IMG/VR virus record: IMGVR_UViG_3300036766_001364
Span: 128,001 to 171,975 of that record
Length of the DNA stretch: 43,975 bases
Direction: 5' to 3' (one strand)
DNA from: a virus
Lineage: Duplodnaviria > Heunggongvirae > Uroviricota > Caudoviricetes
Numbering within the stretch: position 1 is the stretch's first letter; each line of letters starts with the position of its first letter. Of this stretch, positions 1 to 9,900 are shown piece after piece. A program made the position numbers and the translations under genes. Under the pieces are notes generated by a model. The model had not been told where the DNA came from. It searched no databases and saw only the letters and a list, made by a program, of their open reading frames with translations.

Positions 1-2
1 CC

Positions 3-299
3 GCTGGGAACCTCACTCGCGACATCGCCATCTGTCGCGATCCACTTTTGTACTTGGAGGATGACTTGCTGACCGCGAACATGAAGGCGATGCTGACGCT
101 CGCTACGGGCAATTTCGACAAAGCGAAGGATGTTTACAACGTCCTCGTGCAGAAGGCCGTCATCGACGAGATGGCGCTCACCGGCGGCCACTTGGACCCA
201 GCCTCCGATGACCTGAACAGCGTCCTGACCCGCTGGCGAGTGTTAGAGAATGTTGCCTACACGAACGCCGACGCGGCGGTGGCGGCCCTGTCGTCGTGA
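3..299 (+). CDS. C-terminal part of a hypothetical protein (runs off window start)
   Basis: Frame open from base 3 to TGA 297-299, which overlaps the next GTG. Confidence 0.6.
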   Translation, partial: AGNLTRDIAICRDPLLYLEDDLLTANMKAMLTLATGNFDKAKDVYNVLVQKAVIDEMALTGGHLDPASDDLNSVLTRWRVLENVAYTNADAAVAALSS

Positions 300-544
300 A
301 GGCTCTGGGAGAGTTGGCGTCCACGCTGGTGCGCCCGCTCGTGACGCTGCTCTTGGTGGGCGCGCAGGTGGTGCTGGGCGTCGCGTGGGCGCACGGGTGG
401 GAGAACGCCGCAGCCGCATTCGCGGGTCTCGGCACGTTCACGATGTTCGTGCTCGTCTTTTATTTCAAAGAGAGGTCCGATCAGCGCAACGCCGATCGCC
501 TCGCGCGACCGCTCACCAACAGCACCGCGCCACCAGACGGCTGA
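296..544 (+). CDS. Small 2-TM membrane protein, holin-like
   Basis: Two hydrophobic stretches, charged C-terminus, GTGA overlap with upstream gene. Confidence 0.55.
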   Translation: MKALGELASTLVRPLVTLLLVGAQVVLGVAWAHGWENAAAAFAGLGTFTMFVLVFYFKERSDQRNADRLARPLTNSTAPPDG

Positions 545-659
545 GCAGGACTCCTTCTGGCGTCTCCGAGCGTCGGGAGGCGACGATTCACGCGGCGCGG
601 GTAAGATTGAATAATAGAGGCACTTCGCTGCGGCGACACAAGAAGAGGGGGGACACACC

Positions 660-1034
660 ATGGACCTCGGTACGTCGACCGTACGCAGCCTGAACGACGT
701 CGTCCAGGCGTTCGACCCCACGATGGTGTTCTGGCTCGGCGCCATGCTGGCGCTCGAATTCGTTACGGGCGTCGCCATCGCGTTCAAGGACAACGCGTTC
801 GATTGGGACAAGGTGTTCGACATCGCCAAGAAGAACGTGTGGATGATGGTCGGCTGGGGAGCCGCCTTCGTCTACAGCCGACAGGCCGGCAACGCCGTCT
901 ATTACCTGGCGCTCGCGTGGGCGTCGGCGGGGACGGCGCAGAACGTCATCGCGCTGGTCGGGGTGAACGCCAACGGGATCGTCGGACAGCTGCTCACCAG
1001 GGGTCCGGGAGACGCGAGCGCGCCGAAGGCCTGA
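660..1034 (+). CDS. Putative phage holin (multi-TM)
   Basis: LEFVTGVAIAFK...KK pattern like phage holins; GAGGGGG RBS; upstream GGTAAGAT -10-like site. Confidence 0.6.
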   Translation: MDLGTSTVRSLNDVVQAFDPTMVFWLGAMLALEFVTGVAIAFKDNAFDWDKVFDIAKKNVWMMVGWGAAFVYSRQAGNAVYYLALAWASAGTAQNVIALVGVNANGIVGQLLTRGPGDASAPKA

Positions 1035-1142
1035 TCCGGACCGCGCCGACGACAGAGAGAGGGGTCGCGTCAGCGCCTCCTTCTCTTCTTGCCCGTGAGA
1101 GAGGTAAGATCTCGAGCAGTCGAGTTCTCAAGGGGGTCCGCG

Positions 1143-1949
1143 TTGACGCAGGTCCAGACGACCGTGAAACCGAGCGTGCACATCGTCGGCTACACCGCGA
1201 TCGATCGCGACGGGATGGACGCCTACCTCGAAGAATTGGGGACGTCTTGGCGCCCGCCCATCGGGGCGACCGATCAGGAAGCGCTCGTGGAATTCTACGG
1301 TCGCCTGTGCTATCGGAGCTTTGAAGTTGGCCTCAACCCGAACGTGACGCGCATCAGGGAAGACCACGCGGCCTACATGCGGAACGTCCTGGAGAGCCGA
1401 CACGGGTCGGTGTTCGAGGCCGTGACCGTGAACTTCGTCCTCTCTGACGTGAGCCGAGTGTTCACGCACGAGCTCGTCAGGCACAGGGTCGGGACCCACT
1501 TCTCGCAGGAATCGATGCGGTACGTCAGGTACACAGACGAGATGCCGCACTGGGATCCGTCGTGCGTCTCGGAAGACGAATGGGCGAGCGATTTCTTCGC
1601 CGACAAGTGGGAACAGATGGCGTCCTGGCAGAAGGAGCTCGCGGACCACTACGGGATCGACGACATGAAGGCCTTCCAGAAGAAGAAGGAGCTCACGTCT
1701 GCGTTCAGGCGGCTGATCGGCAACGGAGTCGCGACGACGATCGGGTTCAGCGCCAACTTTCGCGCGTTGCGGCACATCGTGGAACTGCGCACAGCGCCGG
1801 GCGTCGAGGAGGAGTTCGCGCTCGTCGCGGGTATGATCGCAGACGCGTGCCTGAGCCGGTGGCCGGTGACGTTCGGCGACTTTTGCCGCGTGGACGTGGA
1901 CGGACGCGAAGGCTTGCCGGCCTACGTCCCCGCCTGGAGCAAGGTATGA
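1143..1949 (+). CDS. thyX: FAD-dependent thymidylate synthase ThyX
   Basis: HGSVFE, SRVFTHELVRHR and SQESMRYV signature motifs; start codon uncertain (1143 TTG or 1164 GTG). Confidence 0.95.
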   Translation: MTQVQTTVKPSVHIVGYTAIDRDGMDAYLEELGTSWRPPIGATDQEALVEFYGRLCYRSFEVGLNPNVTRIREDHAAYMRNVLESRHGSVFEAVTVNFVLSDVSRVFTHELVRHRVGTHFSQESMRYVRYTDEMPHWDPSCVSEDEWASDFFADKWEQMASWQKELADHYGIDDMKAFQKKKELTSAFRRLIGNGVATTIGFSANFRALRHIVELRTAPGVEEEFALVAGMIADACLSRWPVTFGDFCRVDVDGREGLPAYVPAWSKV

Positions 1950-2395
1950 GCCGAGCGCGACGCCTCGCCGACGAGGCCATCGAGAAATACGCGATCATGA
2001 GCGGCGATTTCGCTCTGTCGAGCGGCGCCAGATCCGACACGTACGTCGACTGTCGGGCGGCGATGCTGAAGGATCAGGCTGCGTTCAGTCTCTACTTATG
2101 GGAAGAGCTCAATCGCTATCGCAACGCGGCCCCCGTCGCGACCGGCACCAGCGGAGCCCTCATGCTCGGGCTGATCGGTTGGGGTTACCTCTGGAACCCA
2201 AAGGGACACGGCGTCGAGTGGAGCCCACGGCCGGCGAAGGGCACGTCGGTCGTGCTATTCGATGACGTCGTCACGACCCACGGGACGCTGGACAGGCTGC
2301 GCGCAGCGTGTGAGGCCGCGGGACTCGTGGTCGCGGGAGAGGTGGTCCTCTACGACCGGAGGGAGAAGGCGAGCGGTGTCGATCGACGTCCCTGA
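1946..2395 (+). CDS. pyrE: Compact orotate phosphoribosyltransferase-like protein
   Basis: GDFALSSG..S..YVDCR N-terminal motif and VVLFDDVVTT PRPP-binding loop; only 149 aa. Confidence 0.75.
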   Translation: MSRARRLADEAIEKYAIMSGDFALSSGARSDTYVDCRAAMLKDQAAFSLYLWEELNRYRNAAPVATGTSGALMLGLIGWGYLWNPKGHGVEWSPRPAKGTSVVLFDDVVTTHGTLDRLRAACEAAGLVVAGEVVLYDRREKASGVDRRP

Positions 2396-2780
2396 CGGGT
2401 ACATCACCCCGCCCGAGATATCGCGCTTCCTTCGCGTTCACTACGAGACCGTCAGGCTCTGGATGACGAACGGATCGCTCGACACGATCAGGCACGGTCG
2501 CTTTCACGTGGTCTCGATAGTCTCGGCCGTGCGCGTCGCGCGCGAGCGCGACGCCCCGCAGTCGGTGATCGACGAGATGCTCGGAGCATCGCGATCGAAC
2601 CGCGCTCCGCACCTCGGAGACGGCAATCGGGCGAGGGCTACGCCGCCGAAGACGACGTACAAGCCGACCGAGTGGATCGCCGCGTCCGCCAAGAACGCTG
2701 GCAAGCGATGCATCAGATGCAGTGGCGCCCTGGTGCGCGGACAGTGCATAGCCTGCGGCTGGGATCCTTCGCCAGACTGA
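2376..2780 (+). CDS. Excisionase/MerR-type HTH protein with C-terminal Zn ribbon
   Basis: ITPPEISRFLRVHYETVRLW..G.L HTH; CIRC...CIACG. Confidence 0.7.
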   Translation: MSIDVPDGYITPPEISRFLRVHYETVRLWMTNGSLDTIRHGRFHVVSIVSAVRVARERDAPQSVIDEMLGASRSNRAPHLGDGNRARATPPKTTYKPTEWIAASAKNAGKRCIRCSGALVRGQCIACGWDPSPD

Positions 2781-2843
2781 CCGTGGGTTTCTCGAGACAG
2801 CGACGCGCGTGTATGGTCTGGCCATCGCAACAGGAGCCAGACG

Positions 2844-3854
2844 ATGCCAGGCAGCGTAGAGTTCAGTCAGATCAACGGCCAGGTGCCGATCGAAGTATTC
2901 GGCGTCGACGATCCCGCCATCGCTCAGGCCTATTTCTACGTGACGCGGGGCGGCTTCAGAGACGGCCTGGCGTTCAATTTCGCTCGTCTCTTCACCCAGC
3001 CCAGCATCGTCTGGGTCGACACCGTCAACGGCGCCGACGGGCGCAACGGAGCGAGCCCCGAGCAGGCCGTGGCAACGATGGCGGCCGCGTTCGCCCTCGC
3101 GTCCACGAACGGATTCATCTACGTCACGGGCGACGTCCGCGAACACGTCACGGCTCCGTTGGGAGTCTACGGGGTGAAGATCGTCGGGATCACGGGCGGG
3201 CGCGCGCGCCACGATCACGGCGTGCGATGGCGCCCGGCCGCGGTGGCGGGCGACGCGCCGCTCCTCACCCTGCGCGAGCAGGGCTGGGAAGTGCACAATG
3301 TCCTGTTCGTGCCGCAGAACACGCACAGCGCGATCCGCTGTTGGAGGGCCGAAGACGCGGTCCATCCCGACAGTTCCCACTTCATCGTCGCGAACTGCAA
3401 GTTCATCGGTCCGAACGACATCGGCGGCGCGCAGGGAATCGGCGTCGAGGACTGGGGCGGCAACCACCATTACCTCATCCAAGACTGCGAATTCAACGAC
3501 CTCGAGTTCGCCATCGTCGCGCCCGCCGGCTCTCCTGGGATCGCGGCCCCGCTGCGCGACACCATCCAGCGGTGTTATTTCGAGAGCAACAAGCACGACA
3601 TCTGTATGGACATGAGCAAGGGTCGCGTCCTCGACAACACCTTCCGGACCGCGTACCACGTGACCGCCCATCCGAACACCATCAACTTGGCGTACACCAG
3701 CGACGTCACCGGCCGTAACCTCGTGAAGGGGAACTCGCTCGCCGACATCGCGACCGACGTGACGATCGCGCACGGATACAAGCCGTCGACGGGCGACACC
3801 TGGCGAAACCAGGTCACGAACACGGCGGCAGACATCGTGGCCGTGCCGATATAG
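2844..3854 (+). CDS. Right-handed parallel beta-helix protein (spike/decoration or depolymerase-like)
   Basis: WVDTVNGADGRNGASPEQA start motif; repeated I.NC.F / I.DC.F / I.RC.F beta-helix rungs. Confidence 0.75.
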   Translation: MPGSVEFSQINGQVPIEVFGVDDPAIAQAYFYVTRGGFRDGLAFNFARLFTQPSIVWVDTVNGADGRNGASPEQAVATMAAAFALASTNGFIYVTGDVREHVTAPLGVYGVKIVGITGGRARHDHGVRWRPAAVAGDAPLLTLREQGWEVHNVLFVPQNTHSAIRCWRAEDAVHPDSSHFIVANCKFIGPNDIGGAQGIGVEDWGGNHHYLIQDCEFNDLEFAIVAPAGSPGIAAPLRDTIQRCYFESNKHDICMDMSKGRVLDNTFRTAYHVTAHPNTINLAYTSDVTGRNLVKGNSLADIATDVTIAHGYKPSTGDTWRNQVTNTAADIVAVPI

Positions 3855-3911
3855 GCGTGAGCCGGGACAGGCGTTCATGTCGCGCCACGAGCACGGCACA
3901 GGAGCAGTCGC

Positions 3912-4409
3912 GTGGCCGAGAACGTGAACCAGGTCATCTACCTGGAGACGGCCAGCTCCGAGAGAGAGACGTCGCGACGACTGCTTGGCGCGAAGTTCGC
4001 CCTGTACGAGACGGCCCCCATGCCGGTCGGGCTCGGGACCAACACGATCGTCAACACGGTCCGCGTCCCCAAGAGCGGGTTTGAACAGTTCCACGTCTAT
4101 CTGCGCGTCGCCGCCGCGGCCAACACCGTGGCAGACACGCTCGATCTGTACGTAGACTGCTCGATAGATGGAGTCTTCTGGTTCAATTTCATCCACTTCA
4201 ACCAGCTGAAGGGCAACATGGCGATCCCGCTCAAGAACCTCGCTATATCGCAGGCCGGATCTGGGAGCTACGCCAACGTCAGCGGCACCCAGGCAGCCGG
4301 GCTGCCGCCGGCGAATTGGTTCGGTGACACGATCAGGCTGCGAGCCACGCTCGTGAACAACAGCGGCCTCGCTAATTTCTCGTTCGGCGTATACGTGAGC
4401 ATCCACTGA
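3912..4409 (+). CDS. Putative virion decoration protein (jelly-roll), paralog A
   Basis: LDLYVDCSIDG..WFN..HF.Q and IRLRATL motifs; aligns along its length with the next gene. Confidence 0.6.
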   Translation: MAENVNQVIYLETASSERETSRRLLGAKFALYETAPMPVGLGTNTIVNTVRVPKSGFEQFHVYLRVAAAANTVADTLDLYVDCSIDGVFWFNFIHFNQLKGNMAIPLKNLAISQAGSGSYANVSGTQAAGLPPANWFGDTIRLRATLVNNSGLANFSFGVYVSIH

Positions 4410-4912
4410 TGAAGACGAACCTCGATCAAGTGATCTATGGAGAAGACGACCAGACCTCCAGAGAATCTCTCCTGGTGCTCATCGGGCGAGAGTTCAGCCT
4501 GTACAAGACTGCTCCCATGCCAGCTGGCCTCGGTACCGACACCATCATCGGCAGTCCCATCAGGCTCCCGTTGGGCGGATGGCAGCAGCTGCACGCATAC
4601 CTGATCGTCACGGCGGCGGCGGCAGCGGCCGGCGATAAGCTCGACCTCTACATAGATTCGTCCATGGATGACGGGGCGTCGTGGTTCAACGTCATCCACT
4701 TCGCCCAGATCATCGGCACCGCTAGCGTCCCGTACCAGGCGCTCGCGGCCACGAACGTGACGGCCGCGACCTACGCCAACGTGACGAATGACATATCGGC
4801 CGGGGCGACTCCCGGCGCGTGGTCAGGAGATCACCTGCGACTGCGGGCCACGCTCGTCAACGCGGGCGGAGCGATGTTCACCTTCGGTGTGTACGGAGAG
4901 GTGCACGGTTGA
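4409..4912 (+). CDS. Putative virion decoration protein (jelly-roll), paralog B
   Basis: LDLYIDSSMDDG..WFN.IHF.Q and LRLRATL; tandem paralog of 3912-4409. Confidence 0.6.
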   Translation: MKTNLDQVIYGEDDQTSRESLLVLIGREFSLYKTAPMPAGLGTDTIIGSPIRLPLGGWQQLHAYLIVTAAAAAAGDKLDLYIDSSMDDGASWFNVIHFAQIIGTASVPYQALAATNVTAATYANVTNDISAGATPGAWSGDHLRLRATLVNAGGAMFTFGVYGEVHG

Positions 4913-5014
4913 GAGGTTTCTCGTCAGGAGACGACCGATTAGTTTTGCTATCACGGGAGTCCCATCGCCCGGCCGCTCCGGCGGCGAAAGATACAATGGC
5001 GTAGGAGTTTTCAA

Positions 5015-5485
5015 TTGACTGTCACGAGAAACAGGATCAGGCTTGAGCTGGGCAAGGGCATCGAAGCCCTCAGGCACGAGGAGTGCCAGATCCTCGACGG
5101 CCTGAACGCCAAGACCCAGGTCGCGATCATCGGGCCGTTTGAGACCGACATCGACGTCAAGGAGGTCGAGGTCACGGCGGGCATCGTCCCGGCGTCGTCC
5201 ACGAACACCATTGACCTGTTCAACGGCACGGTCTCGGCGAACAAGCCGATCATCACTCAGTTCGATCCCGACACGCTCACGGCGCAGGTCCCGCTCGCGG
5301 CGACACTCACCCCGGCGAACGTCCGCGTCAAGGCGGGCACTCCGATCTCGGTGCGCTACGTCAGCGGCGGGGACAACTCAAGCGCGCCCGCTTCGGTGCG
5401 CGTGCGCGTCGGCTACGACATCCCGATCGACGGCTACTCTAACGCCAAGGTCACCACGTACGGAGGCTACACCGACGGTCAGTAG
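5015..5485 (+). CDS. Putative virion structural protein (beta-rich)
   Basis: AGGAG RBS, TACAAT upstream, TTG start, beta-strand-rich sequence. Confidence 0.55.
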   Translation: MTVTRNRIRLELGKGIEALRHEECQILDGLNAKTQVAIIGPFETDIDVKEVEVTAGIVPASSTNTIDLFNGTVSANKPIITQFDPDTLTAQVPLAATLTPANVRVKAGTPISVRYVSGGDNSSAPASVRVRVGYDIPIDGYSNAKVTTYGGYTDGQ

Positions 5486-5605
5486 TCGCTGACCGTCGGG
5501 AAGCGCGAGAACCGCCGATCGACGGTCGCGATGCCCGCCGCGATCGAACCTGAATCGCCGTCAAGGCACGGTGGCGAGTTGCGTCCTCAGCGGAGACGCG
5601 ATGGC

Positions 5606-5833
5606 TCATCGGTCGTCGCTTACCATCGGGAGGATCGCCTGATTCACATACCAGCATCGCGCCTCATAATCGCTTGACGCAACGCGCACAAGGGTACAGG
5701 TGAAGGGAAAGCAATCCGACTCGGTGTAGCAGTGCAGCGGGTTCGTCGGCGAGCCGGGGGAATCAGCATGCGCTACGCTCACGCCGCTGATCGCGACTAC
5801 CGCGAGGACTGTCAGCAGAAGAAAGCGCTTCAC
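5606..5833 (-). CDS. Small secreted Cys-containing protein
   Basis: Signal peptide KRFLLLTVLAVVAISGVSVAHA-D; 4 Cys; GTG overlaps upstream TGA. Confidence 0.6.
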   Translation of the reverse strand: MKRFLLLTVLAVVAISGVSVAHADSPGSPTNPLHCYTESDCFPFTCTLVRVASSDYEARCWYVNQAILPMVSDDR

Positions 5834-7089
5834 GCCGCCGCGTAGTACATGAGGTCGGCGCATGGCATGACCAGCGTCGGCGCGCCGGGCGTCGTCGCCA
5901 TCGTGGGGCAGGTTGCGCCGTTGGCCGCGATCGTCGCGGCGTCGGCGTCGCTCAGCGCCTCCGTGCCCGTCACGATCCAGTTGAAGGCGGAGTCCACCCA
6001 GAAGTTCGCTGCGAGCGACGAACTCAGGTAGCCCATGTCGAATAGCGTTGCGTCGAGATTCGGCAGGTAGTTGTTTGCGGCCACGGCGAAAGCTGCCCCG
6101 TTGATGGAGAACTTCAGCTGCGTCGCCGTCCACGCGTAGATGAGTATCTGGGGGGTGCCCTTCGTGAATGTCCCCGCCACGTCCAGCGCCTTGTCATTCA
6201 GGCCGCCGATCTTCCTGTCCATGTGCCACGTCTGCGTTGGGTGGTAGTAGGTCAGGTGGTTCGAATCGTCGCTCGGTGTCGCGACCATCGACTCGTCGAA
6301 GAACCAGTGGTAGTTCTGCCCGGTGGGCGCGACGTTCGACGACCAACCGGGCGTCCAGCGGAAGGCGATCCAGCCCTGCGTGGCGTTCATGCCGCTGTCT
6401 GCCGTGGACAGCTGCAGCGTCCCCTGTACACGCGATGCCGGCGCTCCGTCTGTCGCGATGAGGGGCGTGGCGATGGCGTTGTACTCTACCTGAAAGCCAC
6501 TGATATCGTAGGTCGCGGCGGTGGCGTCGGCTTTTTTCTGGATGCCGAACAGGGGCGATTCAGCGGTGGCAGATGTGTAGGTCACGGTCACCCGCTGTCG
6601 TGCGGTCGTCTTGGCGAGGTCGACGCGCCCGTAGTACACCGTGTCCGCCGGGTTGCGGATGATGAGTTCGATGTCCGCCACCGCTTCGGCGCGCGTGATG
6701 TACCCGGATAAGGTGACGATTGTGGAAGCGCCCGTCACGGCGGCGGCGATCTTGGTCGCGCCGAAGCTGGCGGCGTTGTTCACGATGCGCGCGCCCCAAC
6801 CACCAAACTCAAGTGGCATCGCCGTCCGCGTCATGGAGAACGCGTTGGACGCCCATCCGGTGGTGTTCGTGCGGAACCCGCTGTTCGGGAGGTAATTCGT
6901 CGCCCCCTGCCACACGCCAATGCCGCCGGGAGCCGCCGCACCGTCACCTTCCAGGTTCAGGTTGCGGGCGACGCTCGGCCCCTGCGACCAGTCGGTCATC
7001 AGTCCGCCAGAAAAGACGGCGCTGTGATACTTGCCGACGGGAAGCCGCGTGGCGGCCATGGCGCGGGTCGCGGCAGCGGTGCGAGCCAT
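5830..7089 (-). CDS. Carbohydrate-binding plus LamG/concanavalin-like virion fibre protein
   Basis: ATNYLPNSGF...W CBM-like start; C-terminal QGWIAFRW.P...FSING LamG-like half. Confidence 0.65.
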   Translation of the reverse strand: MARTAAATRAMAATRLPVGKYHSAVFSGGLMTDWSQGPSVARNLNLEGDGAAAPGGIGVWQGATNYLPNSGFRTNTTGWASNAFSMTRTAMPLEFGGWGARIVNNAASFGATKIAAAVTGASTIVTLSGYITRAEAVADIELIIRNPADTVYYGRVDLAKTTARQRVTVTYTSATAESPLFGIQKKADATAATYDISGFQVEYNAIATPLIATDGAPASRVQGTLQLSTADSGMNATQGWIAFRWTPGWSSNVAPTGQNYHWFFDESMVATPSDDSNHLTYYHPTQTWHMDRKIGGLNDKALDVAGTFTKGTPQILIYAWTATQLKFSINGAAFAVAANNYLPNLDATLFDMGYLSSSLAANFWVDSAFNWIVTGTEALSDADAATIAANGATCPTMATTPGAPTLVMPCADLMYYAAA

Positions 7090-7754
7090 TAGAGCCAGTA
7101 CACCCCGACGCCCATCGTCGCCCCGCCCGTGATGACGGTGATCCCGATGGTCGCGATGGCGTCCACTTCGATGACGATCGGCGCATCATTCTTGAATGTG
7201 GCGGGCAACGTGATCGTCGGGATGAGCTTCGTCCCCGCCCCAGAAGCGTGATCGTAGACGTCCACCACAGCATTCGCTATAGGGGTCGAGATGACAATCC
7301 TGCCGAGGATGCCGGAAGCGTTCTTCACGACCGTCGTGGTCTGCGTCGCGATCTGCGTGGAGTTGTAGGCGGGCATGGTCCGCATCCGCCCGTAGGTCTG
7401 GTCCTCGCCCGCGATCAGCGTCGCCAGGCTGACCGAGAGGAAATGCGACGTGGAATTCCACACGTCCGCAAAGATCTTCACCAGACCTCGCAGCTTCCCA
7501 GAGATCGTGCCGGTGGTGTCCGTGGAGACCGCCGCGTCTGTGGTGGCTCCGAGGACGATGTTGCCGCCGTCGGCGGTGGTCGAACCGGTCTGGAACCAAG
7601 CGGCGCCGTCCCAGAGGAAGAGTTTATTCGTGTTGCTTTCGCGGAATGACGAGCCGACTTTGTTCGGTCCGAGCGAGGGCTTCGCGTCTGTTGACAGCCC
7701 TATGTAGTGATCGGCTCGATATTCGACATTGGGGATGGCGAGAGTAACGGCCAT
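7089..7754 (-). CDS. Putative virion structural protein
   Basis: ATG 7754 with GGAGG RBS and TACGAT; YIGLSTDAKP...GS.F.E.NT.K.F.WDG motif typical of phage fibre N-termini. Confidence 0.6.
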   Translation of the reverse strand: MAVTLAIPNVEYRADHYIGLSTDAKPSLGPNKVGSSFRESNTNKLFLWDGAAWFQTGSTTADGGNIVLGATTDAAVSTDTTGTISGKLRGLVKIFADVWNSTSHFLSVSLATLIAGEDQTYGRMRTMPAYNSTQIATQTTTVVKNASGILGRIVISTPIANAVVDVYDHASGAGTKLIPTITLPATFKNDAPIVIEVDAIATIGITVITGGATMGVGVYWL

Positions 7755-7851
7755 GCGCGCGGCCCTCCGTATGAGATCGTATCTTCGGGCGCCGCGCCGC
7801 TGAAACCTCCGTGGGTTTTTGATCGTCCCCCGGTAGGCGTAGGATCGTGGC

Positions 7852-8955
7852 ATGCGAAGAGCCGACGCGATCATGCTCTGGCATGCCGGAGCGATGTCCG
7901 ACGTGACTGATGCGCTCGGCGATGCAACGAGTCCGATCACGTTCGCGGCCGGCGATGCGCTCTACGTCGCCCATGGAGAGTGGCTCTCTGGCCTCTATGT
8001 CCAGGTCGATCTGGCGCCCGCTGGTATACCGACAGTCGCCGCCGAGATGTGGGACGCCGCGACGGCGACGTGGAAGAGTCTCCCCGTTCAGGAGAAGATC
8101 GACCAGGTGCAGGTCGGACACGTCCTCCACCCGAGGGCGTACGATTTCACCACTCCGGGCGTGATCTACTGGGGCACGTCGCAGTGGCTGTGGGTGCTCA
8201 AGGTCGCGGGTGGAGGTTTTCCAGAGAACGCGGTCACGCCCGTCGACGGGATCCCGTATTACTGGGTCAGGCTGCGCAATGTCGGGACCGTTGACGTGCA
8301 GGTCGCGCGCGTGCTGCCCAACCTGTACAACACGTACGCGACGCACCAGGACGTGGCCCATTTCCTCGGACTGAGGGAAGAATTCACGGACGTCCGCGCT
8401 CCGCTGCAGATGGCCATCAGGAGGCGCATCAGGCAGGCAGAAGACTGGGTCGAGAACTACACGCGCAAGTCCTGGCGACTGCGCGCCGCGTACAACGAGC
8501 GCTACGTCTTCAACCCGTTTGGGGTGAGGCTCAAGAACTATCCGGTGTGGTACGTCACCCACCTCGGCGTCTGGGCGGGCAGCTCGTTCGCCGACATGCG
8601 CGAGGGCCGCAACCAGGATTTCTGGGTGTCGAACGACACCGGCATGGTCTATTTCACGCGCATCCTCTACGGGCGCGGGCTCCCGTGGAGCTCGGTGGCG
8701 ACGCGCTACCTCAGGGCGCCCGACGCGCTCCAGGTGGACTACATCTATGGGTTCGACTTCGACATGGATCGCCGGCGCGACGTCGTGAGCGATATCGTTA
8801 TCAAGCGCGTCGCCGCGCAGATCGTCGACTCGCAGGACTGGGTCGCCGTCCTGACGAACAACCCCGACACGGTCCCCAAGGCTGAGAAGGCGCGCGCTTG
8901 GAAAGAAGAAGCCGAGGCGCAGGCAGCAGAGATCCGCAGCCTGCTGGTGGTCTGA
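7852..8955 (+). CDS. Head-tail adaptor-like protein with extra N-terminal beta domain
   Basis: C-half YATHQDVAHFL...AEDWVENYTRKSWR...YPV...VDYIYG resembles gp6-like connectors; position before tail genes. Confidence 0.65.
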   Translation: MRRADAIMLWHAGAMSDVTDALGDATSPITFAAGDALYVAHGEWLSGLYVQVDLAPAGIPTVAAEMWDAATATWKSLPVQEKIDQVQVGHVLHPRAYDFTTPGVIYWGTSQWLWVLKVAGGGFPENAVTPVDGIPYYWVRLRNVGTVDVQVARVLPNLYNTYATHQDVAHFLGLREEFTDVRAPLQMAIRRRIRQAEDWVENYTRKSWRLRAAYNERYVFNPFGVRLKNYPVWYVTHLGVWAGSSFADMREGRNQDFWVSNDTGMVYFTRILYGRGLPWSSVATRYLRAPDALQVDYIYGFDFDMDRRRDVVSDIVIKRVAAQIVDSQDWVAVLTNNPDTVPKAEKARAWKEEAEAQAAEIRSLLVV

Positions 8956-8956
8956 C

Positions 8957-9529
8957 GTGGCGGACGTAGACGGCAACCCCGACGCCCAGATCAGGGACAG
9001 ATCGTTCCCGATAAAGACCACGTCGCTCGTCCAGGCGGGGAATGAGCCCGTCCCAGACGAGATGTTCAGGGACCTCCTCGACCGCGAATGGATCGAGACA
9101 GAAGCGGCGAAGCGACCAAAGGTGCTCGTCAAGGACGACGCTCTCCAGTGGGACCTGCGCTTGTCAGACCTGGTCATGATCGAGGTGGAGAACTACCAGG
9201 AGCAGCCCATCGGGCACCGGCACGAGTTCGTCGACCTTGAGGTGCCGCTCGCGATCACGATCCGCTCGGCCGTGTCGCGCCAGCGCGTGTGGAACGTCAT
9301 GGCCGAGTGTCGGCGGATCACGTATCGCTGGATGCTCGCGTTCCAGCCCTACCAGGTCCTCTATTTCGACGGCTTCCAGCCGGACTACGTCGGCGCGAAC
9401 CAGTGGCAGGGCGTGATGCGCGTCCGCCTGACGGCCGGGACGATCCCCGCCATCGGTCGCTTCATCACGGGCGAGGAGGACCCGGCGTCGTCGCCCGGCA
9501 TGTTCCCGGACGGCGTCCCGCGGCCGTGA
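8957..9529 (+). CDS. Putative tail terminator/neck protein
   Basis: Size, synteny between adaptor and tail tube, alpha/beta pattern. Confidence 0.5.
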   Translation: MADVDGNPDAQIRDRSFPIKTTSLVQAGNEPVPDEMFRDLLDREWIETEAAKRPKVLVKDDALQWDLRLSDLVMIEVENYQEQPIGHRHEFVDLEVPLAITIRSAVSRQRVWNVMAECRRITYRWMLAFQPYQVLYFDGFQPDYVGANQWQGVMRVRLTAGTIPAIGRFITGEEDPASSPGMFPDGVPRP

Positions 9530-9900
9530 CCTCGGAACAGATCGCTTTCGGCGCGGTCGAGTCAGACGCGCTCGCCGCAGATCTTGACGCGGCGTTCGAC
9601 CTGGCGTCGTTCGAGCGCATCGCGCGGGGATCGTCAGCTTTCGGCGTCGCGGTCCAGTCTTGCCGTCCAGAGGGGCTCAAGCACCGGATATTCACGTTGG
9701 CGCGGGATCGCGGTGAACGCGGGGCCGAGCACCCACACGACGCGGCGATCGCAGTCTACCTGCTCGCGCTCGAGGGCCTGGACCGCGCAGGGTGTCGGGC
9801 CGCGGCGCGCTACGCGCTCGGGCGCGTCGGGCTCGGGTGGTGGGCGCCGCGCGTGGCGGGACGGATCGTCGAGAGCCTCGGAGCCCAGGTTTCTCGGTAG
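9526..9900 (+). CDS. Hypothetical protein
   Basis: GTGA-coupled to upstream gene; protein-like composition. Confidence 0.55.
   Translation: MTSEQIAFGAVESDALAADLDAAFDLASFERIARGSSAFGVAVQSCRPEGLKHRIFTLARDRGERGAEHPHDAAIAVYLLALEGLDRAGCRAAARYALGRVGLGWWAPRVAGRIVESLGAQVSR

Noticed and set aside
2271-9177. Long antisense ORFs (e.g. 2271-4406 minus, 7624-9177 minus) and alternative-frame ORFs such as 18343-20619
   Set aside because: Shadow frames of real genes in high-GC DNA; Arg/Pro-rich with no motifs or RBS.
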